Below, in pieces: positions 47,033 through 56,157 of a stretch of 64,000 bases of DNA; the stretch's first letter is position 1, and each line of letters opens with the position of its first letter. The DNA is from Candidatus Delongbacteria bacterium (GTDB taxonomy: Bacteria; CAIWAD01): the NCBI GenBank assembly GCA_041675285.1, contig JBAYTZ010000007.1, positions 1,480-65,479 of the forward strand, written 5' to 3'. The notes under the pieces were generated by a model. It did not search any database. It was given only the letters and a program-made list of their open reading frames with translations, and was not told the origin of the DNA. The position numbers and the translations under genes were made by a program.

Positions 47033-47946
47033 TCGCCCGGGCAGTCCAGTCGGACGCGCCACTCCCGCTCCAGGGCCGACAGGCGCCGACCGCGCTGGAA
47101 GGCGCTCTCCTCGGCCGGCTCCAGGGTGGCCAGCACCTCCAGGCGAAAGGCCGCCGCCCCTTCCCGACTCCAATCCTCCTGCAGGGCCGCGCAGCGGTGC
47201 AGTCCCAGTTCCAGCTGGGCGCGCTGGGAGCGCAGCCGGCTCTCCACGCCGCTGGCCCGGGCGATGAAGCGCCGACCGCTGGCCAGGTGCGTGATACAAT
47301 ACACGCCGGCGGCGGCCGGCCCCGCCTCCGGGTTCCGGGCCGGGGCGGGTCCGGCGGCCATCTCCCGCAGCCAGGACGGTCCCGCCGGGGTCCAGGCCGG
47401 ATTGAGCCGGTAGACCTGCTGCTCGCGCAGCAGCAGTCCGGCGTCCACCAGCTCCCGTCGCACGGTGCAGTAGTCGGCGTGGTGGACGGCGAACAGCTCG
47501 TTCAGCGCGCGCTCCGGATATTCGCGCCCCGGCTCCAGCAGCGCGGCGAACTCCTCCAGCAGCAGCCGGCGCTTTTTCTGCTGGACGGGCAGGCGCTCCA
47601 CCCGGCCCGCGGGGGCGAAGGTCTGCAGCACGCGCCGGCAATAGCCGGCCAGGCGCTCGCGCTCCCGGCGATCCGCGCCCTCGCCGCCGGTGACCAGCTC
47701 GAGCAGCGGCCGCTCCAGCGGGGGCCAGCAGACCGAGTACATGCTGAAGTACTGCTCGCGGCTTTTGCTCACCAGGCCCGCCTCCTCCAGCTTTTTCAGA
47801 TGGAAGACCAGGGTGGAGGCGGCCAGGCCCAGCCGTCCGGCCAGTTCCTCGACGTAGTGGGGACGCTCCAGCAGCGCGCGCAGGACCGCCAGACGCGCCG
47901 GGTCGGCCAGGGCCCGCGCCACGATCAGACCGGTGGATTCCGTCAT
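46978..47946 (-). CDS. ArsR-type wHTH / DUF2087 protein with a C-terminal GIY-YIG-like domain
   Basis: ArsR HTH VARALADPARLAVLRALLERPHYVEELAGRLGLAASTLVFHLKKLEEAGLV. C-terminal GVYCITHLASGRRFIARASGVESRLRSQ...EDW...E resembles a YhbQ/SLX1-type GIY-YIG core. The 3' end overlaps the SulP gene by 55 bp and ends in a Ser-run read antisense to the SulP Asp-run. Confidence 0.45.
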   Translation of the reverse strand: MTESTGLIVARALADPARLAVLRALLERPHYVEELAGRLGLAASTLVFHLKKLEEAGLVSKSREQYFSMYSVCWPPLERPLLELVTGGEGADRRERERLAGYCRRVLQTFAPAGRVERLPVQQKKRRLLLEEFAALLEPGREYPERALNELFAVHHADYCTVRRELVDAGLLLREQQVYRLNPAWTPAGPSWLREMAAGPAPARNPEAGPAAAGVYCITHLASGRRFIARASGVESRLRSQRAQLELGLHRCAALQEDWSREGAAAFRLEVLATLEPAEESAFQRGRRLSALEREWRVRLDCPGDYDSSSSSSSSLSSGPSS

Positions 47947-47960
47947 GCTCCGCTCCAGAA

Positions 47961-47984
47961 TTGATTCGGGATCCATAGAATCAA
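47961..47984. promoter_or_regulatory. Inverted repeat TTGATTC-N10-GAATCAA in the divergent promoter region upstream of the ArsR-like gene (candidate autoregulatory operator)
   Basis: 7-bp perfect arms located 15-38 bp upstream of the ArsR-like start codon. Confidence 0.3.
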
Positions 47985-48109
47985 ACTGAGAGCGGGAGTG
48001 CAAGTCCGTTTCAAGAATCATCGAAATGAATTGACGCGGCGACGGCGCTCAATCGGTTGTCGAGGGCGGTCGATGAGTGGCTCAGCCACCCCTGGGAAGG
48101 AGAGCCGAG

Positions 48110-48751
48110 ATGGTGCGGACAGGAAGACGACTGATCCTGCTGGGAGTGATGATCGGACTGCCGGGGCTGTCCTTGGCCGCCCGGCCCTTCGCCACCCAGG
48201 ATGCCGGAACCACGGGGGGCGGCACGGAGCTCGAGGCCGTGCTGGACGTGGCCGGGGCGCAGCTCTGCAGCGGACTGGGGTTCACCCAGGGCCTGGGGCC
48301 CCGGCTGGATCTGGCGCTGGGCGTCTGCTTCACCCACGCGCCGGCGGGCGAGCGCTCCTTCGACGGCACGGTGCTGGGGGCCAAGTTCGCCCTGCTGCCG
48401 GGCCTGCTCAGCCTGGCGGGCGGCGGCGAGGCCGGGCGGGCGGCGCGCAATCTGGAACTGGCCTGCACCCGGGAGTTGGCCGGCCTGACCCTGGACCTGA
48501 GCGCCGGCGCAGCCTGGGAGCTGTCGCGGGAGCCCGAGCCGGTCTGGGGCCTGGCGCTTTGCCGCCCCGGGCGCGCGCTGGATCTGGGGTTGGAGCTGGG
48601 AGGCGATCTGAAGCGGACCCAGAACTGGCTGGTGGGCCTGCGGCGGTCCATCGGCACAGCCTCGCTGGATGCGGGGTTGGGCGGCGCGTTCGGCGACGGG
48701 TCGAGCCTGGCCGTCACCGCCGGTCTCACGCTGGGGCTGGCCGCTCACTGA
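48110..48751 (+). CDS. Putative outer-membrane beta-barrel protein (MetA-pathway / transporter-family-like)
   Basis: GGAAGGAGA RBS. Signal peptide. Mature N-terminus RPFATQDAGTTGGGTELEAV resembles this family. Alternating amphipathic strands and a C-terminal aromatic-poor barrel, so confidence is low. Confidence 0.35.
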   Translation: MVRTGRRLILLGVMIGLPGLSLAARPFATQDAGTTGGGTELEAVLDVAGAQLCSGLGFTQGLGPRLDLALGVCFTHAPAGERSFDGTVLGAKFALLPGLLSLAGGGEAGRAARNLELACTRELAGLTLDLSAGAAWELSREPEPVWGLALCRPGRALDLGLELGGDLKRTQNWLVGLRRSIGTASLDAGLGGAFGDGSSLAVTAGLTLGLAAH

Positions 48752-49210
48752 TCAGCGGCCGAAGGCGATCTCGTCGGAGAGTTCGTTGCGGTCGTCGCTC
48801 TGGTAGGGGAAGTACTCGGCCAGTTTTCCGCCCACCCGGTTCACGGCCTCCGCCAGCCCGTCCCCGAAGCGGTCGGCGGCGAAGTGGGTGGACATGTCTT
48901 GGGCGATCTCCCGCCAGAAGGCGTCCCCCACGTGCTGGTGCAGGGCCTCGTCCCCCACGATGGCGAAGCGCTGGGAGCGGGTGGCCAGGTAGACCAGCAC
49001 GCCGTTGCGCTCCGCCGTGGCGTGCATGCCCAGCCGGCCGAAGATCCGCCGGGCGCGCCGGTAGGGATTGCGGCCGAACCAGGGGATGCTCCCTTCCAAG
49101 TAGACGCGGATCTCCCCCGAGGTGAGCCGCTCCGCGTGTTCCACCGCCTGCTTGACCTGCTCCTGTTCAGCCTCGGTCAGGAAGGCCGCCGGTTTGCTGT
49201 CGCGTGCCAT
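48752..49210 (-). CDS. TPM (TLP18.3/Psb32/MOLO-1) domain protein
   Basis: EAEQEQVKQAVEHAERLTSGEIRVYLE...NGVLVYLATRSQRFAIVGDEALHQHV matches the TPM phosphatase-like domain. Follows the YgcG-like gene in an operon. Confidence 0.5.
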   Translation of the reverse strand: MARDSKPAAFLTEAEQEQVKQAVEHAERLTSGEIRVYLEGSIPWFGRNPYRRARRIFGRLGMHATAERNGVLVYLATRSQRFAIVGDEALHQHVGDAFWREIAQDMSTHFAADRFGDGLAEAVNRVGGKLAEYFPYQSDDRNELSDEIAFGR

Positions 49211-49211
49211 C

Positions 49212-49967
49212 TCACCACCCTCCACTGGCGCCGCCGCCGCCGGAGAAGCCTCCGCCGCCGGAGAACCCGCCGCCGCCGAATCCGCCGCCCCCACCGCCGC
49301 CGCCGCCCCGCAGGGTGGAGCCCAGGATGCTGCCGATGATGAAGGGCGCCATGCCGCCGCCACGTCGACCGCCGCCAAAGATGCCCAGGAGGGCCAGCAG
49401 TCCCACCAGTCCCAGCAGTCCCAGGCCCTGGGGGCGTTTGGTGCGCTGGGGACGCGCCGCGGGCAACTGGCCCTGGGCCAGCGGATCGTCCGGCGCGATG
49501 GCCTGGGCCACGCGGATCATCACGAACTGCAGGCGGGCCGCCGCCGGATCGCGGGGAATCTCTTTCATCTCGCGCAGGATGCGTCCGGCGCTGATGTCGG
49601 GCAGCGCCTCTTCCAGCCCGTAGGCCACTTCCAGCCGGGAGGCGCGCTGATTGGGCAGCACCAGGAACAGCACGCCGCGCTTGTTCTTGGCGTCGCCGAT
49701 CTTCCAGTGCGCGAACAGGCGGTTGCCGTAGTCTGCGATCTCCGCGTCCGCCTCGGGCAGCACGGCCACCACGAACTGGATGCCCGTGCGCTGTTCGAAG
49801 GCGTAGAGCTGCTCGGCCAGCAGGTCGGCCTCCGGCGCGGAGACCAGGCCGGCCTCGTCCACGAAGTGACGGGCGGGCGGGTCGGGCAGTTGCTGGGCCT
49901 GGAGCAGGCCCGTGGTCAGGAAGAGCAGCAGGATGCACAGCCAGAGCCGGGAACGCAGGCGGAACAT
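49212..49967 (-). CDS. TPM domain protein YgcG-like with TM segment and Gly-rich C-terminal tail
   Basis: Signal peptide. TPM core (FVDEAGLVS...IQFVVAVLP...GVLFLVLPNQRASRLEVAYGLE). TM helix followed by GGGGGGGGFGGGGFSGGGGFSGGGG. Confidence 0.6.
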   Translation of the reverse strand: MFRLRSRLWLCILLLFLTTGLLQAQQLPDPPARHFVDEAGLVSAPEADLLAEQLYAFEQRTGIQFVVAVLPEADAEIADYGNRLFAHWKIGDAKNKRGVLFLVLPNQRASRLEVAYGLEEALPDISAGRILREMKEIPRDPAAARLQFVMIRVAQAIAPDDPLAQGQLPAARPQRTKRPQGLGLLGLVGLLALLGIFGGGRRGGGMAPFIIGSILGSTLRGGGGGGGGGFGGGGFSGGGGFSGGGGASGGW

Positions 49968-50024
49968 GGGCTCCTCCGGGGTTGGGGGGGACCGCCACGC
50001 TCCAGCGTGGCGGTCCGGGGCAGC

Positions 50025-50630
50025 TTACTTGCCGAAGTCCACCTTGGGAGCCTGCTCGGCGCCCTCGGCCGCCTCGAAGTAGGCGTGCTTCTGCAGCCCG
50101 GCGATGCCGGCGATCAGCGAGGCCGGGAAGCGCCGGATGCCGGCGTTGAACTCCTTGGCCAGGTCGTTGAACATGCGGCGCTCCACGGCGATGCGGTTCT
50201 CCGAGCCTTCCAACTGGGTCTGCAGGTCCAGGAAGTTCTGGTTCGCCTTCAGGTCCGGATACTTCTCCACCACCACCATCAGGCGGGCCAGCGCGCTGGA
50301 GAGCTCACCCTGGGCGGCCTGGAACTTGGCCAGGGTCTTGGGATCGTTCATGGCTTCCGGCGTGAGCTGGGCGGTCACCTGGGTGGCCTTGGCGCGGGCC
50401 TCGATCACGCCGGTGAGCGTCTCCTGCTCGTGGCTGGCGTAGCCCTTCACCGTCTCCACCAGGTTGGGGATCAGGTCGGCCCGGCGCTGGTAGACGTTCT
50501 CCACGTTGCCCCACTGGCTTGTGACGCCTTCCTCCTGGGTGACCAGGCGGTTGTAGGTTCCGACGGAACTGAGCACCGCCCAAAGCAGCACGGCCGCGAC
50601 GACGGCCAGGATGATCCAGGTCTTCTTCAT
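50025..50630 (-). CDS. lemA: LemA family protein
   Basis: AAGAGG RBS. N-terminal TM segment. LemA core YNRLVTQEEGVTSQWGNVENVYQRRADLIPNLVETVKGYASHE. Confidence 0.75.
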   Translation of the reverse strand: MKKTWIILAVVAAVLLWAVLSSVGTYNRLVTQEEGVTSQWGNVENVYQRRADLIPNLVETVKGYASHEQETLTGVIEARAKATQVTAQLTPEAMNDPKTLAKFQAAQGELSSALARLMVVVEKYPDLKANQNFLDLQTQLEGSENRIAVERRMFNDLAKEFNAGIRRFPASLIAGIAGLQKHAYFEAAEGAEQAPKVDFGK

Positions 50631-50745
50631 GTCAACACCTCTTTGCTTCTCGCGTGGGGACCCAATATCAGCAATGGCGGGCGGATGAGAGTCACGGCCG
50701 CCGGCTCGCGCCGTCCGCTGGATCCGCGCCGGTGGGAAGGGGGAA

Positions 50746-51165
50746 TCAGGCCAGCTTGTGGTCCAGCAGGCGCAACAGCGGCTCCAGCTCCGCGCCGGGT
50801 CGCAACTCCAGCCGCAGGCCGCGGCCTTCCGCATAGGCTTTGCTGTCGGCCAGGGTCTGACGCAGGGCCGGCGGAAGGCCCGCATCCGCCAGGGCGGCGG
50901 CGCTGGCGCGCTCCCCGAGCACGATGCCCGCCCAAAGGAAGCCCTGCTGGGGCGTGAGGTAGAGCAGCACGCGCTCCTTGAGCTTCAGGCGCAGGGACCA
51001 GCCGAAGGACTTTCCCGGGTGCTTCCACTCCTCCTGCAGAGGCCCGTGGGCGGCTTCCGCCCGGCGGCGCAGCTCGCCCCAGAGGGCCGCCGCGGGACCG
51101 AGGGCCGCGGCCAGCTCCGCCGCGTCCGGCGGCCGGGAGTTGTCTGCGAAGCAGCTGAGGGCCAT
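50746..51165 (-). CDS. DUF3788 family protein
   Basis: 139-aa protein with the DUF3788 family pattern (FGWSLRLKLKERVLLYLTPQQGFLWAGIVLGE). Confidence 0.45.
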   Translation of the reverse strand: MALSCFADNSRPPDAAELAAALGPAAALWGELRRRAEAAHGPLQEEWKHPGKSFGWSLRLKLKERVLLYLTPQQGFLWAGIVLGERASAAALADAGLPPALRQTLADSKAYAEGRGLRLELRPGAELEPLLRLLDHKLA

Positions 51166-51203
51166 GGATCACCCCTGTTTGCCTGTGGCACGAGCGGGAT
51201 GAA

Positions 51204-51647
51204 TCAAGCCGGCGGGTCGCACCGGGCCGTCCGCCCCTGCCCCAGCCGGCGCCAGAACCAGCGGTGCAGCGCGTGCAGGCCGCGCACCGGCTCCAGGTGC
51301 AGCAGCAGGCACTGGCCGGCCACCAGCTCCAGTCCCAGTTCGCGGCCCAGGGCCGCGGCCTCCGGGCTCTCGGAGCCTTGCTGCAGCCAGACCCGGGGGA
51401 TTCCAGCGGCGAGCGCCTCGCGCAGCAGCCCGGGCACCTGCGCGGGAGGCACGCAGAGCACCAGCGCCTCCACGGGCTCGGTCAGCGCGGCCAGACTGGA
51501 CGCGCACGGCAACCCCTCCAGCTCGCCGGCGTGGGGATGGACGGGCGTCACCGCCAGCCCCCGGGAGCGGAGCTCGCGCAGCAGGGTGTTGCCGAATTTG
51601 CGCCCGCCGCGGGACGCCCCCACCAGGGCGTAGCGCCGCGCTGTCAG
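51204..51647 (-). CDS. CoA-binding domain protein (YccU-like); start codon unresolved and possibly disrupted
   Basis: RYALVGASRGGRKFGNTLLRELRSRGLAVTPVHPHAGELEGLPCASSLAALTEPVEALVLCVPPAQVP matches the CoA-binding (YccU) fold. No in-frame ATG/GTG/TTG lies between the homology start and the upstream Lys-rich micro-ORF. The 5' end given here is the first homologous codon (CTG). Confidence 0.4.
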   Translation of the reverse strand: MTARRYALVGASRGGRKFGNTLLRELRSRGLAVTPVHPHAGELEGLPCASSLAALTEPVEALVLCVPPAQVPGLLREALAAGIPRVWLQQGSESPEAAALGRELGLELVAGQCLLLHLEPVRGLHALHRWFWRRLGQGRTARCDPPA

Positions 51648-51682
51648 GAACCCGGCGGGTGCGCACTCCCCGCCTTGCGGGC

Positions 51683-51793
51683 TCAGACTTTCTTGACCTG
51701 CTTGTCGGCCTTCTTCTTGTCCTTCTGGTCGTGCTTGGCCACGTCCTGCTTCTTGGCCTTGTCCTTGTCCTTCTTGCCGCCCTTGTCGCCCAT
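51683..51793 (-). CDS. Lys-rich 36-aa micro-ORF (MGDKGGKKDKDKAKKQDVAKHDQKDKKKADKQVKKV)
   Basis: Perfect RBS AGGAGGA 6 nt upstream of the ATG. Markedly AT-richer codon usage (AAG/AAA/GAC) in a ~70% GC genome. Stop lies 36 nt upstream of the CoA-binding homology in another frame. Confidence 0.4.
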   Translation of the reverse strand: MGDKGGKKDKDKAKKQDVAKHDQKDKKKADKQVKKV

Positions 51794-51859
51794 GATGTCC
51801 TCCTGGTGTCGAAACCCGGCGGGTGCAGCGCCCGCCGCCGCTGGGGCATCCACCCCGAA

Positions 51860-52378
51860 CTAGGAAATCAGCTTTTGACCGATGCTGCGGAACTCGCGCA
51901 CGAACAGCTCCAGCCGCTCCTCCACGGCCGGGTTGGCCAGCACGCCGTCGCGAAAGTCGCCGTCGTGGGCGTAGACCACCCGGGGCAGCTGCAGCATGCG
52001 CCACTCGTTCATGCACATCTGGGTGAGGTGCATGGTGCTCAAGTAGCTCTTCTCGCCGCCCGCCGCACAGAGGATGCCGAAGAACTTGCCTTCGCAGCCC
52101 TTCATGCAATTGTCCAGCACCAGCTTCAGCCCGTCGTTGATGCTGTAGCAGTGCACGCCCATTCCAAAGATGTAGTTGTCCGCCAGCGCGATCCGTTCCG
52201 CCAAGTCCCGCATGGAGGGCGTCTTGCCCAGATGGCAGGGGCGTAGCTCCACCTCGCGCAGGTCCACGAAATCCAGCTCCACCCCGGGCTCGGCGGCCAG
52301 GGCCTCCGCCACGCGGCGACACAGCTGACGGGATTGGGACGTGGGGCTCAGGGAACTGGACAACAGCAGAGTTCTCAT
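51860..52378 (-). CDS. NAD(P)H-dependent FMN reductase (flavodoxin-like fold)
   Basis: AAGGGA RBS. MRTLLLSSSLSPTSQSRQL...ADNYIFGMGVHCYSINDGLKLVLD pattern of the NADPH-dependent FMN reductase family. Confidence 0.6.
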   Translation of the reverse strand: MRTLLLSSSLSPTSQSRQLCRRVAEALAAEPGVELDFVDLREVELRPCHLGKTPSMRDLAERIALADNYIFGMGVHCYSINDGLKLVLDNCMKGCEGKFFGILCAAGGEKSYLSTMHLTQMCMNEWRMLQLPRVVYAHDGDFRDGVLANPAVEERLELFVREFRSIGQKLIS

Positions 52379-52628
52379 GGGTTTCCCTTTGGGTGAGGGG
52401 TCGGGCCACCGTGCCATGGCCGCAGGACAGCATAAAATAGCTCATGAAACGGCATAAGGGTCAAGCCTAAGTTTGTTCTGAAAACGCCATGGTTAGAAAC
52501 TAAACTTTCCAGACTTGATGAATGTCCTGCGAACTTTGCGGGCGGCGGTTCATTTTTCAACCGTGACCGCCAGCGTCCCGCGCGCCGCGCGGCGGACAAA
52601 TGGTCCCAGAACCCGACGGGAGGAACGC

Positions 52629-54665
52629 ATGCCGCAGCAAATCCCAGGTCCGCACGCACTCTTCGCCGCCGCCCGGGGCTGGCTCCTGGCCCTGCTGCTG
52701 CTCGGGAGCCTGTCCGCCGCCCGCGCGACGGAAGTCTACTCCCAGCCGCACACCGGCACGGGCGCCATCCACCTCTCGTCCTGGTGGGATCCGGACGGCA
52801 GCGACTACGATCAGGTGGTCTGGGACAGCTTCCAGCTCAGTGCCGACCAGGCCATCACGGAGATCCGCTGGCGGGGCGGGCACGATCCCGCCTACGCCTA
52901 CTGGAGCTCCCCCGTGCTGGACTTCACCGTCTCCATCTGGGCCAACAACGGCACGCTCTGGCAGCCGGACGTGATCCACGTGCCGCTGGCCGAGTACCAG
53001 GCCGAGAGCACGTGCGGCGAGACCCCGGCGGGAAGTTTCGGCGGCGTGGCGCTGAGCGACTACCACTACACCCTGCCTTCGCCTTTCCAGGCGGCGGCGG
53101 GCACGCGCTACTGGGTCCAGATCATCGCCTGGATGCACGGCATCCCCGACTGGGGTTTCGCCACCGGCAGCGGGGGCAACGGCTCGCACTTCCGCAAGCT
53201 GCCGGAGGGCCAGTACCAGTCCATCACGGGCGACCTGGTCTTCAGCCTGCACACGTCGGCGGCACCCACGGCCACCATCGATGCCAGCGCCCTGCCGGTG
53301 GACGCGGGCACGGTTTTCGGGGCAGGGGTGTATCCGCTGGGCTCCAGCGCCACGCTGACGGCCACGCCGGGTCCCGGCTTCGGCTTCGAGCGTTGGACGG
53401 AGAACGGCGCCGAAATCAGCGTCAATCCGCAGTACACGATCCAGGTGAGCGGTGACCGCAGCCTGGTGGCCCACTTCGTGCCGGCCTGCGCCGTCACGCT
53501 GGAGGGCTGGCCGGCGCTGGGTGGACAACTCGCCGGGGCCGGCAGCTACAACGCGGGCACCCCGGTGACGGTGACGGCCACGCCCAGCCTGGGCTACGCC
53601 TTCACAGGCTGGCTGGAGTGGGGGGCCACCCTGGTCAGCACCTCGCCCAGCTACACGTTCACGGCCACGACGGACCTCCTGCTGGTCGCCCAGTTCGAGC
53701 AGCTTCCCCTGGCCGCCACCTTCGACTTCGACACCGGCTCGCCACCCTGCCAGCCCTACCAGTCCATGCCGGCCCTGCAGACCCAGAACGGGTTGACGGT
53801 CCAGTTCAGCGCGCCCACCAGCAGTTGGTCGGTGCAGAACACGCTCTGGGGCTACGTGCCCGGCGTCTTCTCGGGCAACTTCCTCTTCCCGTCGGGCTAC
53901 TTCACCAACTCCCTGCAGCTCCGGTTCGACCATTGGCTGAGCGACGTCTCGGTGGCCTTCTGCACGGGGGACTACGAATCGGTGACGGACATCCCGACGC
54001 AGGTCCGCCTGCGGGCTTACGTGGACAACACGGACAACCCGCCCGTGGCCGAAGCCGTGGTGCGCGGGGAGTGGATCATCCTGGTCTATCCGGAGGGCAT
54101 TGCGCGGCTGAGCTCGCCCGTGCCCTTCAACTTGGTGGTGCTGGACATTCCGCCCGGCCAGGGTCCCAACTCCACCACGATCTTCTACGCGGACAACTTC
54201 ATCGCCCTGCGCACGGCCCCGCCCCAGGTCCAGCTCACCACGGCGGCCTGGCCGCCCGAGGGCGGCACGGCCAGTGGCGCGGGCAGCTACGACCTCGGCG
54301 CCAGCGCGGGGCTCGAGGCCCTGCCCGCAGCGGGCTTCACGTTCGGGCACTGGGAGGACAACGGCGTGAACATCGGCGGCGGGCCGCTGCTGGATGTGTT
54401 CATGGATGGCGACCACGCCCTGACCGCGGTCTTTGCCCCCGTGCTGACGGTGGAGTACGATTCCGCCGTGGACCCTGCGGTGGCCACCCTGAGCTGGCCC
54501 TGGCCCTGCGAAGGATTCGTGCTACGCGAACGGGGCATGCAGTCCGGCGCCCTCTGGCAGGATTCCACCTTGCCCGTCGAGGTCGTGAATGGCCGCAACG
54601 TGGTGCGTCCGCCCGTGGTGGATGGCGCGCCCCGCCAGGTTGAATTCTTCTTGTGGCACCTGTAG
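52629..54665 (+). CDS. Secreted protein with three bacterial (InlB B-repeat / Listeria-Bacteroides type) repeat domains
   Basis: GGGAGGA RBS. Signal peptide. Repeats LTATPGPGFGFERWTENGAEISVNPQYTIQVSGDRSLVAHF, VTVTATPSLGYAFTGWLEWGATL...LLVAQF, LEALPAAGFTFGHWEDNGVNIGG...ALTAVF. Confidence 0.55.
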   Translation: MPQQIPGPHALFAAARGWLLALLLLGSLSAARATEVYSQPHTGTGAIHLSSWWDPDGSDYDQVVWDSFQLSADQAITEIRWRGGHDPAYAYWSSPVLDFTVSIWANNGTLWQPDVIHVPLAEYQAESTCGETPAGSFGGVALSDYHYTLPSPFQAAAGTRYWVQIIAWMHGIPDWGFATGSGGNGSHFRKLPEGQYQSITGDLVFSLHTSAAPTATIDASALPVDAGTVFGAGVYPLGSSATLTATPGPGFGFERWTENGAEISVNPQYTIQVSGDRSLVAHFVPACAVTLEGWPALGGQLAGAGSYNAGTPVTVTATPSLGYAFTGWLEWGATLVSTSPSYTFTATTDLLLVAQFEQLPLAATFDFDTGSPPCQPYQSMPALQTQNGLTVQFSAPTSSWSVQNTLWGYVPGVFSGNFLFPSGYFTNSLQLRFDHWLSDVSVAFCTGDYESVTDIPTQVRLRAYVDNTDNPPVAEAVVRGEWIILVYPEGIARLSSPVPFNLVVLDIPPGQGPNSTTIFYADNFIALRTAPPQVQLTTAAWPPEGGTASGAGSYDLGASAGLEALPAAGFTFGHWEDNGVNIGGGPLLDVFMDGDHALTAVFAPVLTVEYDSAVDPAVATLSWPWPCEGFVLRERGMQSGALWQDSTLPVEVVNGRNVVRPPVVDGAPRQVEFFLWHL

Positions 54666-54701
54666 GCTGATCCCATCTACCAACGGTTCCGGGAGGACTC
54701 C

Positions 54702-55979
54702 ATGAGCACGAACGCACGGACTCGGATACCTGGCTTGCGGCGTTTGTCGCGGCTGGCCCTGTTGCTGGTCTGCCTGGCCTGGCTGCCCGCGGCCCGGGCC
54801 CAGAGTTGGGACAGCGTGGGCGGCGGCCTGCCCTACTGGGTGCACGCGCTGACCCAGTACAACGGCCAGTTGGTGGCCGGCGGCGAGGCGCCGGACTATC
54901 TGCGCCGCTTCGACGGCGTCAACTGGCAGCCCTTGGGCGGCGGCGTGGACGGCCAGGTCAACGCGCTGGCCATCTACAACGGCGAGCTGATCGCCGCCGG
55001 GCACTTCTTCACGGCCTCGGGCCTCGAGGTGGGCTACATCGCCAAGTGGGACGGCACCCAGTGGCTGGACCTGGAGGGCGGCGCCAACAGCATCGTCACC
55101 TCGCTGGCCGTCTACAACGGCAACCTGATCGCCGCCGGCTACTTCACGGAGTGCAACGGCCCGGCCAACTACATCGCGCAGTGGGACGGCGAGAACTGGG
55201 ATCCGCTGGGCAGCGGCCTGAACAGCCAGGTGATGGCCCTCACCGTCTACAACGGGGAGCTGATCGCCGCGGGCTTCTTCACCACCGCCGGCGGCCAGCC
55301 GGCCCCGCACATCGCCCGGTGGAACGGCAGCAGCTGGTCGGGCCTGGGCGCCGGGATCTCGTGGATCACCTACGCCCTCACCGTCCACAACGGCGACCTG
55401 ATCGCCGGCGGCCTGTTCTCCCAAGCGGGGGACGTGGCGGCGCGCCGGGTGGCCCGCTGGGACGGGACGGCCTGGTCGGCGTTGGGCGGCGGCGTGGGCG
55501 GCGGACCCTACGGTTACGTGCTGGCGCTCTGCAGCTGGAACGGGCGCCTGATCGCCGGTGGGATCTTCGACGACGCGGAGGGCCAGCCGGCCGAGCACGT
55601 CGCGCAGTGGGACGGTTCTGCCTGGTCGCCCCTGGGCGGACTCTACGGCGGCGGCTCCACCTCGGCCGTCTTCGCGCTGCTGCCCCGCGCGACGGATTGC
55701 GTGGCCGGCGGGATCTTCTTCGGCAATGTGAGCGCCTGGACCGAGGCCGGCCCGACCCCGGATCCCGTCGTCGACCTGAGCATCAGCGCCAGTGGACCGG
55801 ACGCCGTCCTGAGCTGGACGCCCACGGGCGCGCCGGAGTACAACGTCTACTGCGGCGAGCTGCCCGCCGGACCCTTCGCCACCTGGCTGGGCACCTCCTA
55901 CGACGGGCAGTTCACGGACGCGGACGTGTTGGGCGCCACCCCGGCCCGCTTCTACCAGGTCCGGGCCGCCACGCCCTGA
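54702..55979 (+). CDS. Secreted seven-blade beta-propeller-like repeat protein with C-terminal FN3-like domain
   Basis: Signal peptide. About seven ~46-aa repeats W(D/N)GxxW..LG.G.N..V.AL.VYNGELIAAG.F. C-terminus LSWTPTGAPEYNVYCGE...FYQVRAATP. Confidence 0.55.
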   Translation: MSTNARTRIPGLRRLSRLALLLVCLAWLPAARAQSWDSVGGGLPYWVHALTQYNGQLVAGGEAPDYLRRFDGVNWQPLGGGVDGQVNALAIYNGELIAAGHFFTASGLEVGYIAKWDGTQWLDLEGGANSIVTSLAVYNGNLIAAGYFTECNGPANYIAQWDGENWDPLGSGLNSQVMALTVYNGELIAAGFFTTAGGQPAPHIARWNGSSWSGLGAGISWITYALTVHNGDLIAGGLFSQAGDVAARRVARWDGTAWSALGGGVGGGPYGYVLALCSWNGRLIAGGIFDDAEGQPAEHVAQWDGSAWSPLGGLYGGGSTSAVFALLPRATDCVAGGIFFGNVSAWTEAGPTPDPVVDLSISASGPDAVLSWTPTGAPEYNVYCGELPAGPFATWLGTSYDGQFTDADVLGATPARFYQVRAATP

Positions 55980-56124
55980 GTCCGCTTCCGCATTCTGACC
56001 GACCATTCATCCTGGGGGCGGGCTGGAATCCAGACGCCCCCAGTCCTCTTTTTGCACTTCCCGCGGCTTGACTGCTTGCGAGCCCGTTCTGCGAGTTCTA
56101 CCTTGTTCATCAAGGACTAAAATC

Positions 56125-56141
56125 AGAACCTGAACGGTTCT
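56125..56141. promoter_or_regulatory. Perfect palindrome AGAACC-TGAAC-GGTTCT upstream of the Rrf2 regulator gene (candidate Rrf2/IscR-type operator)
   Basis: Located 17-33 bp upstream of the GTG start of the Rrf2 gene that heads the suf operon. A TTGACT -35-like hexamer lies at 56060. Confidence 0.4.
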
Positions 56142-56157
56142 ACTTTTGGAGGGCGCC

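Noticed and set aside
51169-52445. Long minus ORFs 51204..52445 and 51169..51849 as single large genes
   Set aside because: Homology is restricted to the CoA-binding C-terminal part (below 51647) and to the FMN reductase (51860..52378) in a different frame. The connecting segments are Arg/Gly-rich filler.
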